Positions 1 to 12,460 of a stretch of 64,000 nt of DNA are shown one piece after another. This DNA is from Leucoraja erinacea (Eukaryota), in contig NC_073382.1 in the NCBI RefSeq assembly GCF_028641065.1, positions 23,560,001 through 23,624,000 on the forward strand, written 5' to 3'. Each line of letters starts with the position of its first letter. The stretch's first letter is position 1. The notes under the pieces were generated by a model, which saw nothing but the letters and a program-made list of their open reading frames with translations, had not been told where the DNA came from and searched no databases. The translations under genes were made by a program, and so were the position numbers.

Positions 1-857
1 GTCTCCCCATCTCCCCAGGCCCGCAACCTTGGCGTGATCTTTGATTCCACCCTCTCCCTTGAGCCTCACATCCGCCATGTCATTAAAACCTCCTTCATTC
101 ATCTCCGCAACATCGCCAAACTCAGACCCTCTCTCACACCGCCCGCTGCTGAAAGGCCTTCATCCATGCCTTCATCTCCTCCCGACTGGACTATTGCAAC
201 TCACTTCTCCTTGGCATCAGCTCCACCTACATCAACCAACTCCAACTGGTCCAGAACGCAGCCGCCCGACTCATCACCCATACCAAATCCTGGCATCACA
301 TCACTCCAGTCCTCAAACAACTTCACTGGCTTCCCATCTCCCACTGGATCACCTACAAAATCCTGATCCTCACCTACAAAGCCCTCCACCATCTGGCCCC
401 CGCATATCTCACTGACCTCCTCTCCTCCTACCAATCCTCACGGTCCCTCAGATCCACATCAGCCGGTCTCCTATTAATCCACAAGTTCAACCTCCGCAGT
501 TTTGGGGACAGAGCCTTCTCCAGAGCAGCTCCCAGGCTCTGGAACTCCCTCCCCCAACTGATCCGCAATTCCATGTCCCTCACCATCTTCCAGTCCCGCC
601 TCAAGACCCATCTCTTCACCTCTGCCTATCCTTAGCCCCACGTGCCGTCCCTTTTCATCTGTGCATTAATTGCCTCATACTGTGTTTTGTATTGAATTCT
701 GTATTTACTTTGTGTACTAGTCATGTCTCTACTATTTATTTAATTCCCCTTACATGTTTTTCCTCTACCTGCTAAATTTTTGTAAGGTGTCCTTGAGACT
801 CTTGAAAGGCGCCCATAAATAAAATTTACTATTATTATTATTATTATTATTATTATT
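1..857 (+). mobile_element. L2-clade LINE 3' part (frameshifted ORF2 C-terminus, 3' UTR, (TTA)n tail)
   Basis: NLGVIFDSTLS, HLRNIAKLRP, SRLDYCN, LQLVQNAAAR and LHWLP motifs across frames; aataaa then (tta)n at ~829-857. Confidence 0.9.
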
Positions 858-1571
858 ATGTGTTCTTTTTTATTGCTCCAAGTCCCTAGTGGCGAGCAGA
901 GATCAAGGGTTTTATCCAAACCATCTCCTGGATCAATTGGAAAATCAGCAATCTATTCACTCAAAACTAAAATGCATGGTTGGCCTCTGTAAGTGCTTCT
1001 GTTTTCAAATTTTAGAGGTCAAGTTAACCCTAGAAATAGAACGGCCTATTTTGATGCATTTGATCTTTTACTTGCACAGTTTCTGCAGGGTTTTTTTTTA
1101 CCTGTTTAAATCTAGTCTAAGCTTGTTATGTTATCCACATGGAGTTCCTATTTATTTAACTGGTGGAAGCCATGATGTGAGCTGTAATTATGGAATGCAA
1201 ACCATTAAGGTAAATTGGTATCAGGGAGGGTGTGTTTTTTTTTTACCCTGATGATTCTGCAAATATGACATTTTCTCTCTTTGCAGGGTTTTCTTTTCTC
1301 TCCAAGGGGATATCCGTGCTCCTCCCTGGCTAATAATGGTTCTTAATTGATCTTTAAAGAGCAACACATGCTCCGGCCTTCACTGATGGTCTCACACACC
1401 ACAAGACATCAACCAAGCTGGGCTCATTTAATTAGCTCAACCTCACATTCCTGCAGGTCACCCTTTCCTTCCTGTGCACAGAAAGAAATGCATTAGCCGT
1501 CAGCTGTTCTTGTTTCTGTTCCATTAATGGAGCACTGTTATCCTGTTTTGGCTCTGTTAACTCGCAACTTC

Positions 1572-2145
1572 CATAAGTTCAGAAGTTATAGGAGCAGAAT
1601 CAGAACATTCGGCCCATCAAGTCTACTCTGCCATTCTTGATGGGCCGATTGATCTATCTTTCCCTCTCAATCCCATTATCCTGCCTTCTCCCCTGACACC
1701 CTAAAGGGCCTGTACCACGAGCATGTGACTCCATGCGGCAAGTGCGACCCAACGTGGTCGCTTGAGCCGTACGGCCTCGCGGGGCCGGTCCCACTTCGAC
1801 CGCCGGAGCCTCAAATGCATCAAAATAGGCCGTTGTGGAGTTGTGCGGAGCTGGTCCTGAAATCGCTCGAGGCTCCGAAAAATTGTCTTCAAAAATTCCG
1901 CGCGGTAACGGCCTGCCGGCCCACAGCCGCCTCGACGCCGTACGTCACGCGCGGACTTCGCTCGAACTTCATGTCACTGACTCGACCTCCGCGCGGCCCC
2001 CTCTTCTGGTTTGGTCGCACTTGTCGCACTTGTCGCATGCTCGTGGGACAGGCCCTTTAGGTCACGCTTGCCGCATGGAGTCACATGCTCGTGGGACAGG
2101 CCCTTAACTAATCCAGAATCTGTCAATCTATGCCTTAAAAATAAC
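1572..2145 (-). mobile_element. CR1 LINE 3' end, interrupted by the MITE at 1705-2104
   Basis: Reverse complement of the CR1 tail seen at 10150-10290 and 25740-25950; continues across the MITE (ctgacaccc|ctaatccagaatctgtc). Confidence 0.75.
1705..2104. mobile_element. PIF/Harbinger-type MITE with an extra internal end
   Basis: TIR AGGGCCTGT(A/C)CCAC...GTGGGACAGGCCCT; TAA TSD at 1702-1704 and 2105-2107; another TIR ends at 2056; same family as 31195-31659 in opposite orientation. Confidence 0.85.
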
Positions 2146-2451
2146 TTCCTTTTCAACCTTCAGCTTGAAGTTTGTTGAAGCTAACTAGCAGTTTATTCAA
2201 ATTGATTTTTCACACGCTATTTGGCTATGGAAGGCTTCATGGCTACCCTCATCTGATATCCATGCACAGTTATAGTGGTTGTGGCCATTAAGTAAGTAGT
2301 CAGGAGTCCTGGGCAATTTTCTGTCCTTTTTTCTGCAGGTACTGTGGCCAACTGTAATGGATATACCTCTATTGAGTCCTTCTTTATAATGAATCAAATC
2401 AGAGACATGGCTCTGGGGCAGATTTATACAGCAGCAGTGAAAAAGGAAGAT

Positions 2452-2838
2452 TTAGATATAAATAATGCCTTTCACAAAGGCTCCAAAGTGCTTTACAAGC
2501 AATGAATTACATCTGAGATGCAGTTACTGTTGTAATATAGGGACTGTAGCAGTTCTTTACACACAGCAAGCTCTCAGTAACTCCCATAATGGCATTGGCT
2601 AGGTAATTTATTATTTTTAACAGTGTTGTGGGTTAGTATTGAGCGGGACAGTACTGGAAAACTCTCCAGAACTACTTCAAAATGGGTCTTTTCTATCCTG
2701 CTCGATCATAAAATACAACCTTGCTTCAATCTCTTATCTGCACTTTGGCACCACCGTTAAAAGTAGCTCAAGTCCCACGTGAGAAAGCTGAACCCTCAAA
2801 CTTCTTATTCAAAGGGATACATGCCACCGGCTAAGACA
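2452..2838 (-). mobile_element. Ancient Deu-domain SINE (SacSINE1/AmnSINE-like)
   Basis: Minus strand reads gagcttgctgtgtgtaaa...tattacaacagtaactgcatctc...cattgcttgtaaagcactttgg...tgaaaggcattat, resembling the DeuSINE 3' region as recalled; decayed tRNA-like head near 2785-2838. Confidence 0.65.
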
Positions 2839-3240
2839 AGGGGAAGAACAGACATCTCAGCAATGTGGGAGGTCTGAGGGTCCTGACAACCTACACTGTT
2901 TGGCAACCCACCTGTCCATTCCCCTGTAAAGATACTGCATGGCTTGCCGAGTTCCCCACAAGTTGTTTCTGCTCATCTGCAGTCTCATATGTCCCACTTT
3001 TTGTTTGTTCTGTTCCCACTTGCGTTGAGTTTACTTTATTACCACGTGCAGTGAAAAGGTTTCGTTGCGTGCTAACCCAGTCAGCAGACAGACAATGCAT
3101 GATCACAATCGAGCCTTCCACACTGTACTGATACATGATAAAGGGAATAACATGAATAACATTTAGTGCAAGATAAAGCCAGTAAAGTCAGATTACTGGG
3201 CGGCTGAACAAGCGTGAAGCCGGGGTGGGCAACCAGTGTA

Positions 3241-3268
3241 GGGGGGGGGGGGGGGGGGGGGGGGGGGG
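3241..3268 (+). repeat. G28 homopolymer
   Basis: Directly visible. Confidence 0.95.
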
Positions 3269-3414
3269 TGGTGGCAGAGGTCACAATCAGCTGTAACAAA
3301 GACAGGTTTCCTCTAAGGTACAAGGATGGAGATATGTGCAGTTTTGGTCTCCAAATTTGAGGAAGGACATTCTTGCTATTGAGGGGGTGCAGTGCAGGGC
3401 AGATTCACGAGGTT

Positions 3415-5817
3415 TATTTCACCGTTGACTCTGGCGACTGTGCAATCCTGCTCCTTCTCAAACTCAGCGCAGCATTTGATACTGTCGACCACACCATCCT
3501 AATGGACTCCGATACGGGGTTGGTATTGGTGGCACTGCCCTGAACTGGCTCATCTCCTACCTCAAAGGTAGGAGTTTCTCAACTAACATAGGCAACTATT
3601 TCTTCTCCCCAGCTAGCCTCTGCTGTGGGGTTCCACAAGGTTCCATCCTTGACCCCATTGTCTTCTCCCTGTAGATGTTCCCCTTAGGCCAAGTCATTCA
3701 AAGGCACGGCATTTCCTTCCATTGCTACGCAGACGATACACAACTCTATCTCCCCCTGAAGGCCAAAAACCAATCAAATCAGCTTAAACTTATCCGCTGC
3801 CTCGAGGATATAAAGTGTTGGATGGCCCAGAACTTCCTCCAACTAAACGCGAGTAAGTCTGAGGTCATCCTTCTCGGCCCTTCGGTCTCGATCAAAATGA
3901 TAGCAGGCAGCCTTGGAAGCCTTACCCCACTACTCAAACCTCACGTCAAAAACCTTGCCGTAATATTTGACTCAGCATTGAAATTTGACAAATCAATGCC
4001 GTGGTAAAAGCTAGCTTCTTTCAGCTTCGTACGATAGCTAAAATAAAATAATTCACACGGTATTGGAGGTTCAGTATTGATGTGGATAGAGAACTGGCTG
4101 GCAGACAGGAAGCAAAGAATAGGAGTAAACGGATCCTTTTCAGAATGGCAGGCAGTGACTAGTGGGGTACCCCAGCTATTTATAATATATATTAATGATT
4201 TGGACGAGGGAATTGAATGCAACATCTCCAAGTTTGCAGATGACACGAAGCTGGGGGGCAGTGTTAGCTGTGAGGAGGATGCTAGGAGGCTGCAAGGTGA
4301 CTTGGATAGGCTGGGTGAGTGGGCAAATGCATGGCAGATGCAGTATAATGTGGATAAATGTGAGGTTATCCACTTTGGTGGAAAAAACAGAAAAGTAGAC
4401 TTTTATTTGAATGGTGACCGATTAGGAAAAGGGGAGATGCAACAAGACCTGGGTGTCATGGTACACCAATCATTGAAAGTAGGCATGCTGGTGCAGCAGG
4501 CAGTGAAGAAAGCGAATGGTATGTTAGCATTCATAGCAAAACAATTTGAGTATAGGAGCAGGGAAGTTCTACTGCAGTTGTACAGGGTCTTGGTGAGACC
4601 ACACCTGGAGTATTGCGTACAGTTTTGGTCTCCTGATCTGAGGAAATACATTCTTGCCATAGAGGGAGTACAGAGAAGGTTCACCAGACTGATTCCTGGG
4701 ATGTAAGGACTTTCATATGAAGAAAGACTGGATAGACTCGGTTTGTACTCGCTAGAATTTAGAATATTGAGGGGGGATCTTATAGAAACGTACAAAATTC
4801 TTAAGGGGTTGGACAGGCTAGATGCAGGAAGATTGTTCCCGATGTTGGGGAAGTCCAGAACAAGGAGTCACAGTTTAAAGATAAGGGGGAAATCTTTTAG
4901 GACCGAGATGAGAAAAACATTTTTCACACAGAGAGTGGTGAATCTCTGGAATTCTCTGCCACAGAGGGTAGTTGAGGCCAGTTCATTGGCTATATTTAAG
5001 AGGGAGTTAGATGTGGCCAATGCCTTAGAGTTAAAGGTATCAGGGGATGGAAAGAAGGCAGGTACAGGATACTGAGTTGGATGGTCAGCCATGATCATAT
5101 TGAATGGCGGCGCAGGCTCGAAGGGCCGAATGGCCTGCTCCTGCACCTATTTTCTATGTTTCTATGTTTCCATTCCTCCAGTTTGATGACCTTGAAAAGA
5201 TCATCCACACATTTATCTCCTCCCGCCTAGATTACTGCAACACCCTCTACACTGGCATCAGCCAATCTTCCCTGTCCCGCCTGCAACTGGTCCAAAATGC
5301 CGCAGCGAGATTCCTGACACCCAAAAAAGGGACACATCATCCCGATCCTGGCCTCTTTCCACTGGCTCCCTGTGCGGTTCCGAATAAATTTCAAGATCCT
5401 CTTTTATGTCTACAAAGCCCTTAATGGGCTTTCCCCCACCTACATCAAAAGTCTGCTTACCCACCACACCACCTCCAGGTCCCTCAGATCGGCCGACTTG
5501 GGTTTACTGAACATAAGGCATAAGCTCGGGCGACCGCGCCTTTGCGGTTGCAGCTCCTAGACTGTGGAACAGCATCCTTCTTCCCATCAGAACTGCCCCC
5601 TCCATCGACTCCTTTAAATCGAGACTTAAAACTCATCTCTACTCCCAAGACTTTCTTGAATTCTTCTGAGCGAGGGCTATATGTATGTAGTGATGTTTGT
5701 ATTTAATCTATGAACCATTGTTGTATAACGTTAGTACCTCCACCAATGTAAAGTACTTTGGCCAACGAGAGTTGTTTTTTAAATGTGCTATATAAATAAA
5801 AGTGACTTGACTTGACG
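3415..5817 (+). mobile_element. L2-clade LINE (RT domain to 3' end), split by a CR1 insertion
   Basis: LSAAFDTVDH, GVPQGS, YADDTQLY (ORF 3675-4007); host frame IAKIK|PFLQFDDLEK resumes at 5170; SRLDYCN; tail aataaaagtgacttgacttgac. Confidence 0.9.
4049..5169 (+). mobile_element. 5'-truncated CR1 LINE, young subfamily, nested in L2
   Basis: ORFs 4077-4706 (SGVPQ, FADDTKL, RPHLEYCVQFWSP) and 4743-5075 (FFTQRVVNLWNSLP); (tttctatg)n tail. Confidence 0.95.
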
Positions 5818-6286
5818 ACTTAATTCCCGGGATGACGGGACTGTCATATGTTAATAGAATGGAGCAGCTGGGCTTGTTTACTCTGGAATTTAGAAGAATG
5901 AGAGGGGATCTTATTGAAACATGCAAGATTATTTTGGGTTTGGACACGCTAGAGACAGGAAACATGGTCCCAATGTTGGGGGAGTCCAGAACCAGAACCC
6001 ACAGTGTAAGAATAAGGGATAAGCTATTTTGGATGGAGATGAGGAAAACGTTTTTCACACACAGGGTTGTGAATCTATGGAATTCTCTGCCTCAAAAGGC
6101 AGTGGTGGCCAATTCTATAGATGTTTTCAAGAGAGAGATGGATAGAGCTCTTAAAGATAGGGGAATCAAGGGATATGGGAAGAAGGCAGGAACAGGGTAC
6201 TGATTGTGGATGATCAGCCATGATCACAGTGAATGGCGGTGCTGGCTCGAAGGGCCGAATGGCCTACTGCACCTATTGTCTATTGT
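5818..6286 (+). mobile_element. CR1 LINE 3' fragment
   Basis: ORF 5832-6203 (LEFRRMRGDLIE, RVVNLWNSLP); (tattgtc)n tail. Confidence 0.9.
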
Positions 6287-6321
6287 CTACTCTTCATGTC
6301 CTTGTAATGCATAAGAATAAC

Positions 6322-7290
6322 ATAGAAATGTACAAATGAGTAGTAACAGGTCCACTGAGCCAGCACTGCCATTTAATAAGATCATGGTTGATCTGATTGA
6401 AACCACAGCCCTATTCCTGTCTAGTGGGCAGGTGCTATAGACCCGCACGGGAAGGCAGACGTTCCCGCCCCCACGAGTCTCGGGCAGATGGGGCTCGTCA
6501 GCCTGGGAAGGCAATCCATCTAGGAGAGGGAAAACTCTGATTTAAAACCTCGACTGCCATGTGGCCATATCCAGTCATGGAAAAGGCTCCAGGAGTAAAC
6601 CTCAAGAAAATCCAGTCGGAGCCCCTTAGGCAGTTTGTCGTTGTCTGCAACCTCGCTCTGGCAGCTTCTGTGATGGCGCTGGTGCCAAACTGTAACGGCG
6701 ACGTGGAGAGGGGGGACGTGCTGCATGGGCAACAGCCTGTCCTCCATATGACATTGCCCAGGCTTGCATCCGACCAGGATGCATCGTCCACGGTCAGTCA
6801 TGACCGAGGGCGGCCTACTAAGATTCCTGTCTACCCCACTACCCTTTCAGTTGTTTGCTTTTTAAATATCTATCCACCTAAGCATTAAAAATGTTCAGTG
6901 TCTGCTTCTGCCAATCTTTCAGAAGAAAGATCCAATCTCACGACCAGTTGTGAGGGAAAATGAATCACCTCTATCTTAAGTGTGTGGTGACTTACTTTTA
7001 AACAGTGACCCTTAGTTCTTGATTCTCCCGCAATAGGAAACAAACACTTTACATCTGCCCTGCTAGGTCCTCTCATGGGATTATTTGTATCATTCATGTC
7101 ATATCTCAAAATTTCTAAACTCTGGCAGGTACATGTCCAGCCTGGCATCTCCTCAAAAGATAACCTCACATTCTAGGTATCAATCTAATCAGTCCCTGGA
7201 CTGCTTATAACACATTAACATCTTACCTTAAATAAGAAGGCTGAACTGAACTCTAGATGTGATTTCTCACCAAGGCATAACCCCTTAATA
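6322..7290 (-). mobile_element. Old CR1 3' fragment, interrupted at 6424-6822
   Basis: Minus ORF 6885-7169 contains LFPIAGESRTKGH, typical of the CR1 ORF2 C-terminus. Confidence 0.65.
6424..6822 (+). mobile_element. Non-autonomous RTE-like (bipartite) retroelement
   Basis: 11-bp TSD attcctgtcta (6413-6423, 6823-6833); RTE-5'UTR-like ggggctcgtcagcctgggaaggcaatccatctaggagagggaaaactctga; ends cctacta; second copy at 14491-14745. Confidence 0.7.
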
Positions 7291-8837
7291 TTTGTACTCC
7301 AGCACTTTGTGTCTTTTTTTGTAAACCAGCATCTACAGTTCCTTGTTTCTACCACTCCTTATTTTTGTATTTAATTATTTTCAGGGTCTTATATGATTAA
7401 GTCCACTTGGCAAATCTCTTTAAGTTTTTTTTTAAATCAGATTTCAGCCACACAGTATTAATCCAATTTAAATATGTTTTGGGAGCCCTGAATAAGAAAA
7501 CTTAATAACATCCACAGAAGTAAAACAAAAGTAAGAATGCATTTTAAAATATCACACTGCCATTCCTTACCAAAGCAGGAGATAATATTTAGGCTTTTGC
7601 CATGTTATGAGATATTATCCTTCAATCTCATTTACGTTATGTTAAAAAATGAGAAGAGAAAGATTTCTCAGGATTCCCATTTACACAGATAACGTGGTCT
7701 GCATTATTTTCATTCAGACGTTTGAGATAAAATGTACATGGAGGTCGTCATAGTCTCACTGAGCTACTATCTACCTCATTGGAGACCCTCGTACTAACTT
7801 TGATCGGACTTTACTGGGTTTATCTTGCACTAAACATTATTCACGATATTGCCTTTATCATGTATCTGCAAACTGTGGATGGCTAGATTTTATTCATGTG
7901 TTGTCTTTCCACTGAATGGGTAGCACGCAACAAAAGTCTTTCATTGCACCACTATACGCGTGACAAAACTAAACGAAGCTCACTGGTTGACAAGCACTTA
8001 ACAAGAAGGCAAGGAGGAAAAGGGACGGGCAAAGCCATTGAATGGAAAAGAAGGAGTAACTGCTGATTTTAGACTGCACTTCACCATGGCTCAGGAAGCA
8101 TATGATTGAGATCACATTACTGGTCATGTAATTGAAGACATTTTTCAATTAAATTGAAGCAAAACCATTCTCATTTAATTTCATTTTGTCACAAAATGTT
8201 TCTGAGATAATGGACTTGCCTCCATCATCGTTCATTAAGGCAGATTTACATGAATAAGCAGAAGACTAGTTTACAGATATTCCAAAAGCTTGCTTGAAAA
8301 CCCACTTCATTCTTGTGGCTTGGGAGATCTTACAAACCTCTTAATTGATAATGATCTGACACATAAACTTAACTATCACGCATATTATATACAAGATGGA
8401 CTACATTTAATTTTTGTCTGCACCGTCTCCTTTTTTCTGCAGGAATTGCAATTGATTTCAACATAAAGAATATCAATAAAATAACTAGGAATGTCACCCA
8501 ATTGAAAATAATTTATAATGCCCTTATTTACAACTTTAACCTCCTCCAGTCATTTAGCTCTCAGAGATAAAAGCAGTCCCCCCCTCCCCCCCACACCCAA
8601 CACTCTCTTGCTTATCCATTGTCTATCTAACTAAATGATCCAAGGACTCTGCTTGCATTGTCCACCTCTCTACTTTACATTTATCCATTTAGACTCGTCA
8701 TACAAACCTCTCTCTCATCACCTTTCCAAAGATTTCATCACGTAGGCCAATGAAACTGCTGTGAAGTACTTTGAGATCTTTGGCAGTATGAAAGACCTCT
8801 GCAACATTTGTGGTTAATACCACAATTAGTGGTACAG

Positions 8838-9130
8838 CAGGTGGTGCAGCGGTAGGGTTGCTGCCTAACAGAGGCCTGGGTTCAATTCTGACTACGGGTG
8901 TTGTCGATATGAAGTTTGTACATTCTCTGCGTGACCTGCGTGGGTTTTCTCCAGGATCTCTGGTTTCCACCGACACTCCAAAGACATACAAGTTTGTTGG
9001 TTAATTAGCTTGGTATAATTGTAAATGTCCCTAGTGTGTGTAGGATAGTGTTAGCGTGCTGAGTTCGCTGGTCAGCACGGACTCGGTGGGCCGAAGGGCC
9101 TGTTTCCGCGCTATATCTCTAAATTAGTTT
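8838..9130 (+). mobile_element. HE1-like tRNA-derived V-SINE
   Basis: A box ggtgcagcggtag, B box ggttcaattc, V-domain tgcgtgggttttctcc, CR1-like tail gggccgaagggcctgttt. Confidence 0.85.
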
Positions 9131-9639
9131 ATTACTTTATTCCTGCAATAAGAAATCGTTTTTGCTTTGAACTTTAGTTTACTTACTTATTGCAGGAATA
9201 CAGCAATATTCTACACTATTGGCCCATGATCTTTCCACTTCATTACAACAATGGAACACTACTGAAATGCATCTTGTGTGATGGTACTAAGATTGGAGCA
9301 GGCGTTAATGTTTAATGAGGTATACATCCACAATGGTGTTTAGTGTCAGTGATCCAATAACCCCAGGAGAGCTGTTCCACATTGGGATTTGTAATCAGGT
9401 TGTTGATGGGATGATAACTTTACATGTGTAAATACTGTAAACCCTCATTGCAAAGGACTACAGGGTGGGTAATGGTGTCCATTATTGCTGATTTTCCACG
9501 AGAAGCGAGTAAGATATTATCATTGTATTAGTAGAAACAAACATCTGCAGTTGATAGTTGATACATAAAAAGGCACAAAGTGCTGGAGTAAATCGCCAGG
9601 CCACGCATCACCTCTGGAGATCATAGATAGGTACAGGAA

Positions 9640-9920
9640 TACCATTTGGAAACAGAAACTTCGGCCCGCCAAGTCCACGCCGACCAATGATAACCCACAT
9701 TCTAGTTCTATCCTACACATTAGTTACAATTTACAAAAGTCAATTAACCTACAAACCTGCACGTTTTTGGAATGTGGGAGGAAACCGGAGCACCCAGACA
9801 AAACCCATGCGGTCCCAGGGAGAATGCACTAACTCCATACATACAGCACCCATAGTCAGGAACGAACCCGGGTCTCTGGTGTTGTAAATCAACAACTCTA
9901 CCACTGCCGCGCTGTACCAC
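9640..9920 (-). mobile_element. HE1-like SINE
   Basis: Reverse complement of the 8838/25283 copies. Confidence 0.8.
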
Positions 9921-10149
9921 CCCATCCAAGGCAACAGCAACAAATCGCAATTTAGATAGCACAGCAAAAACATCTCAACAATCTGAACAGGGAATTACCA
10001 AAACAAATATACTGAGGTAGAACCACACCATGAGACATCAGAGCTGGTAAATAGAGAGTGCATCTTATCAGTAGGTTTACAGAACTGCCATAAAGGAGGA
10101 AGAATGAAAAGAGTTGCAAAGAGCTTCTGGGAGAGTAGCCCAACTTTCT

Positions 10150-10290
10150 TCATTAGTACGGGTGTCACAGGTTATGGGGAGAAGGCAGGAGAATGGGGTT
10201 AGGAGGGAGAGATAGATCAGCCATGATTGAATGGCGGAGTAGACTTGATGGGCCGAATGGCCTAATTCTGCTCTAATCACTTATGACCTC
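10150..10290 (+). mobile_element. CR1 3' tail fragment
   Basis: ggttatggggagaaggcaggagaatggggt...atcagccatgattgaatggcgg. Confidence 0.8.
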
Positions 10291-10459
10291 GAGAGTTGAA
10301 GATAGGGTCACCAACGGTGGGGGGAATTAAGTCAGGCACAGATATCCCCAAGGGTACAGTGCTGGTTTCAGAGAGAGGCAGCCATGAGACCATCTGATGA
10401 TTTGAAAAGATGAAAAAGTCCAGGGACTGTTTAATGCAGGAAATTAGTTAATGGGACAT

Positions 10460-11010
10460 GTGTAGGAACGAATTGCAGATGCTGGTTTAAACCAAAGATA
10501 GACGCAAAAAACTGGGGTAACTTAGCAGGACAGGCGGCATCTCCGGAGAGAAGGAATGGGTGTCGTATCGGGTCGAGAGCCTTCTTCAGAATGGTTAGGG
10601 ATAAGGGAAATGAGAGATATAGACGATGATGTGGAGAGAAAAAGAACAATGAATGAAATATATGCAAAAAAGTAACGATGATAAAGGAAACTGGCCATTG
10701 TAAGCTGTTTGTAGGGTGAAAAAGAGAAGCTAGTACGACTTGGGTGGCGGAGGGATAGAGAGAGAGGGAATGCCGGGGGTAGCTGAAGTGAGAGAAATCA
10801 ATATTCGTACCACTGGGCTGTAAGCTGCTCAAGCGAAATATGAGATGCTGTTCCTGCAATTTGCATTTAGCCTCACTCTGACAATGGAGGAGACCTAGGA
10901 CAGAAAGGTCTGTGTAGGAATGGGAAGAAGTGACCGGCAACCAGGAGATCAGGTCGGTTCAGGCGGGCTGAGCGAAGGTGTTCCGCGAAACGATCGGTCA
11001 ATCTACGTTT
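10460..11010 (-). mobile_element. Penelope-like element 3' part: GIY-YIG endonuclease C-terminus plus terminal repeat with hammerhead motif
   Basis: Minus ORF 10431-10940 begins HSYTDLSVLGLLHCQSEAKCKLQEQHLIFRLSSLQPSGTNIDF (PLE endonuclease tail), followed by tctgaagaaggctctcgacccgatacgac. Confidence 0.85.
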
Positions 11011-11397
11011 GGTGACATGATGTCAGGTGGGAAATGAGTTTTGAAAGTGTTTTGAAAGAGTTCAATTGCAAAGATGGAATGAAGAAGACCAGCTGTGATT
11101 GCATTAGTATAGAAGAGTACATGGGTGACAAAACTAGGGATGAAGGTTCCATCAGCAAGGAGCTGGCACAGAGCCAACGATAGAGTAGAGATACGCAGTC
11201 TTAGTGATGGTATGATACGAGGAGCAGATTTCATTTGCATATAATTTGACCGCAAGGTTGTGAATATTCTGACAGGTGCTTCGAATTTGAATATACCACA
11301 TGACTAAATGAAGCGATAATTGTATCCGACCTCGGATAATCTCAATAGACTGATGATGGCTTTAGGGTATTTAATGGTGACAAATGTTTTACTCTTA

Positions 11398-11482
11398 AAG
11401 CCCTGTCCCACTGTACGAGTTCATTCAAGTGCTCTTGCGAGTTTAAAAAATAATCAAACTTGTAGTAAGTACGTAGAATGCA
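11398..11482. mobile_element. Single end of a Harbinger-type MITE
   Basis: agccctgtcccactgtacgag...; reverse complement of the right end of 18533-18816. Confidence 0.7.
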
Positions 11483-12360
11483 TCATATAAATTAAAACAA
11501 TCAGCAAACACCAGAAATGTTCTCATTATTTCCAAGTGCACAGAAAAATAAAATAATGGATATTTTTAGCCACATTTAAAAGTTATTTGTGCCCTGTGTA
11601 ACTCAGCAGCAAACACTCTAGCATTCTTTCAGATACTAGAACATAGCAAAATACAGCACAGGAATAGGCCCTTCAGCCCACAATGGCAAAAATGACACGA
11701 AGATAAACTATTCTCATCTGCCTGCACATAATCCATATCCCTCTATACCCTGCAAATCCATCTGTCTATCTAAAAGCCAGATGGGTGTGTTGCAAGCATG
11801 CAACCCAACTATTCTATTCCAGCTTTTATTCACATAAACCCTTCACCTCGAAAGACTCTGATCATCAAAATGAGCTTGGATCCAACCATATCACAGTTAT
11901 TACATCTCCTTACTGAAAAAAAAATCTAGTGCCTGGTTAAATCTAATTCAACTGCTCTAAATGCTGAACTAACACAAAGTAGAATTGGAAAGATGTCAAA
12001 TCACAATACTGCACCACAGATAGACCCCGCTGAACGGCGTGAATCTCCCTGTCTGGAGATAATGGGATTGGGTTAAGGAGAGCTCTTGCTCTGGCGGCTT
12101 GATGACAACACAGCTATTGGACTCCAGGGATATGTTAGAATTCACTTTGCACAGCAGCAACATCAGAAAACAAGTGCATGTTCTCGTCACAATGATACAG
12201 TGCAACATCATAAAATAAAGCAGGAAGATTTTGCCCACAATCTGGTTGTTGTGGTGGCCATTGTGATTAGATATTGGTGCGCACTATCACTAGCCTGTAA
12301 AAATGGAAAGCCACATCTCAACTATTATTGTCAGTTTATTTAGCGCGATGGTAAAAAAAA

Positions 12361-12364
<4 letters not shown>

Positions 12365-12405
<41 letters not shown>

Positions 12406-12460
12406 TACACACACACACACATACATATATACACACACATGCACACACGTATACATATAT
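12365..12460 (+). repeat. (CA)n/(TACA)n microsatellite
   Basis: Directly visible. Confidence 0.95.

Noticed and set aside
1270-2400. Strong plus-strand acceptor-like sites (~1286, ~2338; also ~8441)
   Set aside because: No recognisable coding sequence or matching donor follows; such motifs arise by chance
3241-3268. Functional G-quadruplex in the G28 run (also G run at 40737-40753)
   Set aside because: Homopolymer length is unreliable in assemblies and there is no supporting context
11996-12090. Possible next KLF12 exon after a minus-strand ctccag
   Set aside because: None of the three frames resembles KLF12 or KLF8 downstream sequence
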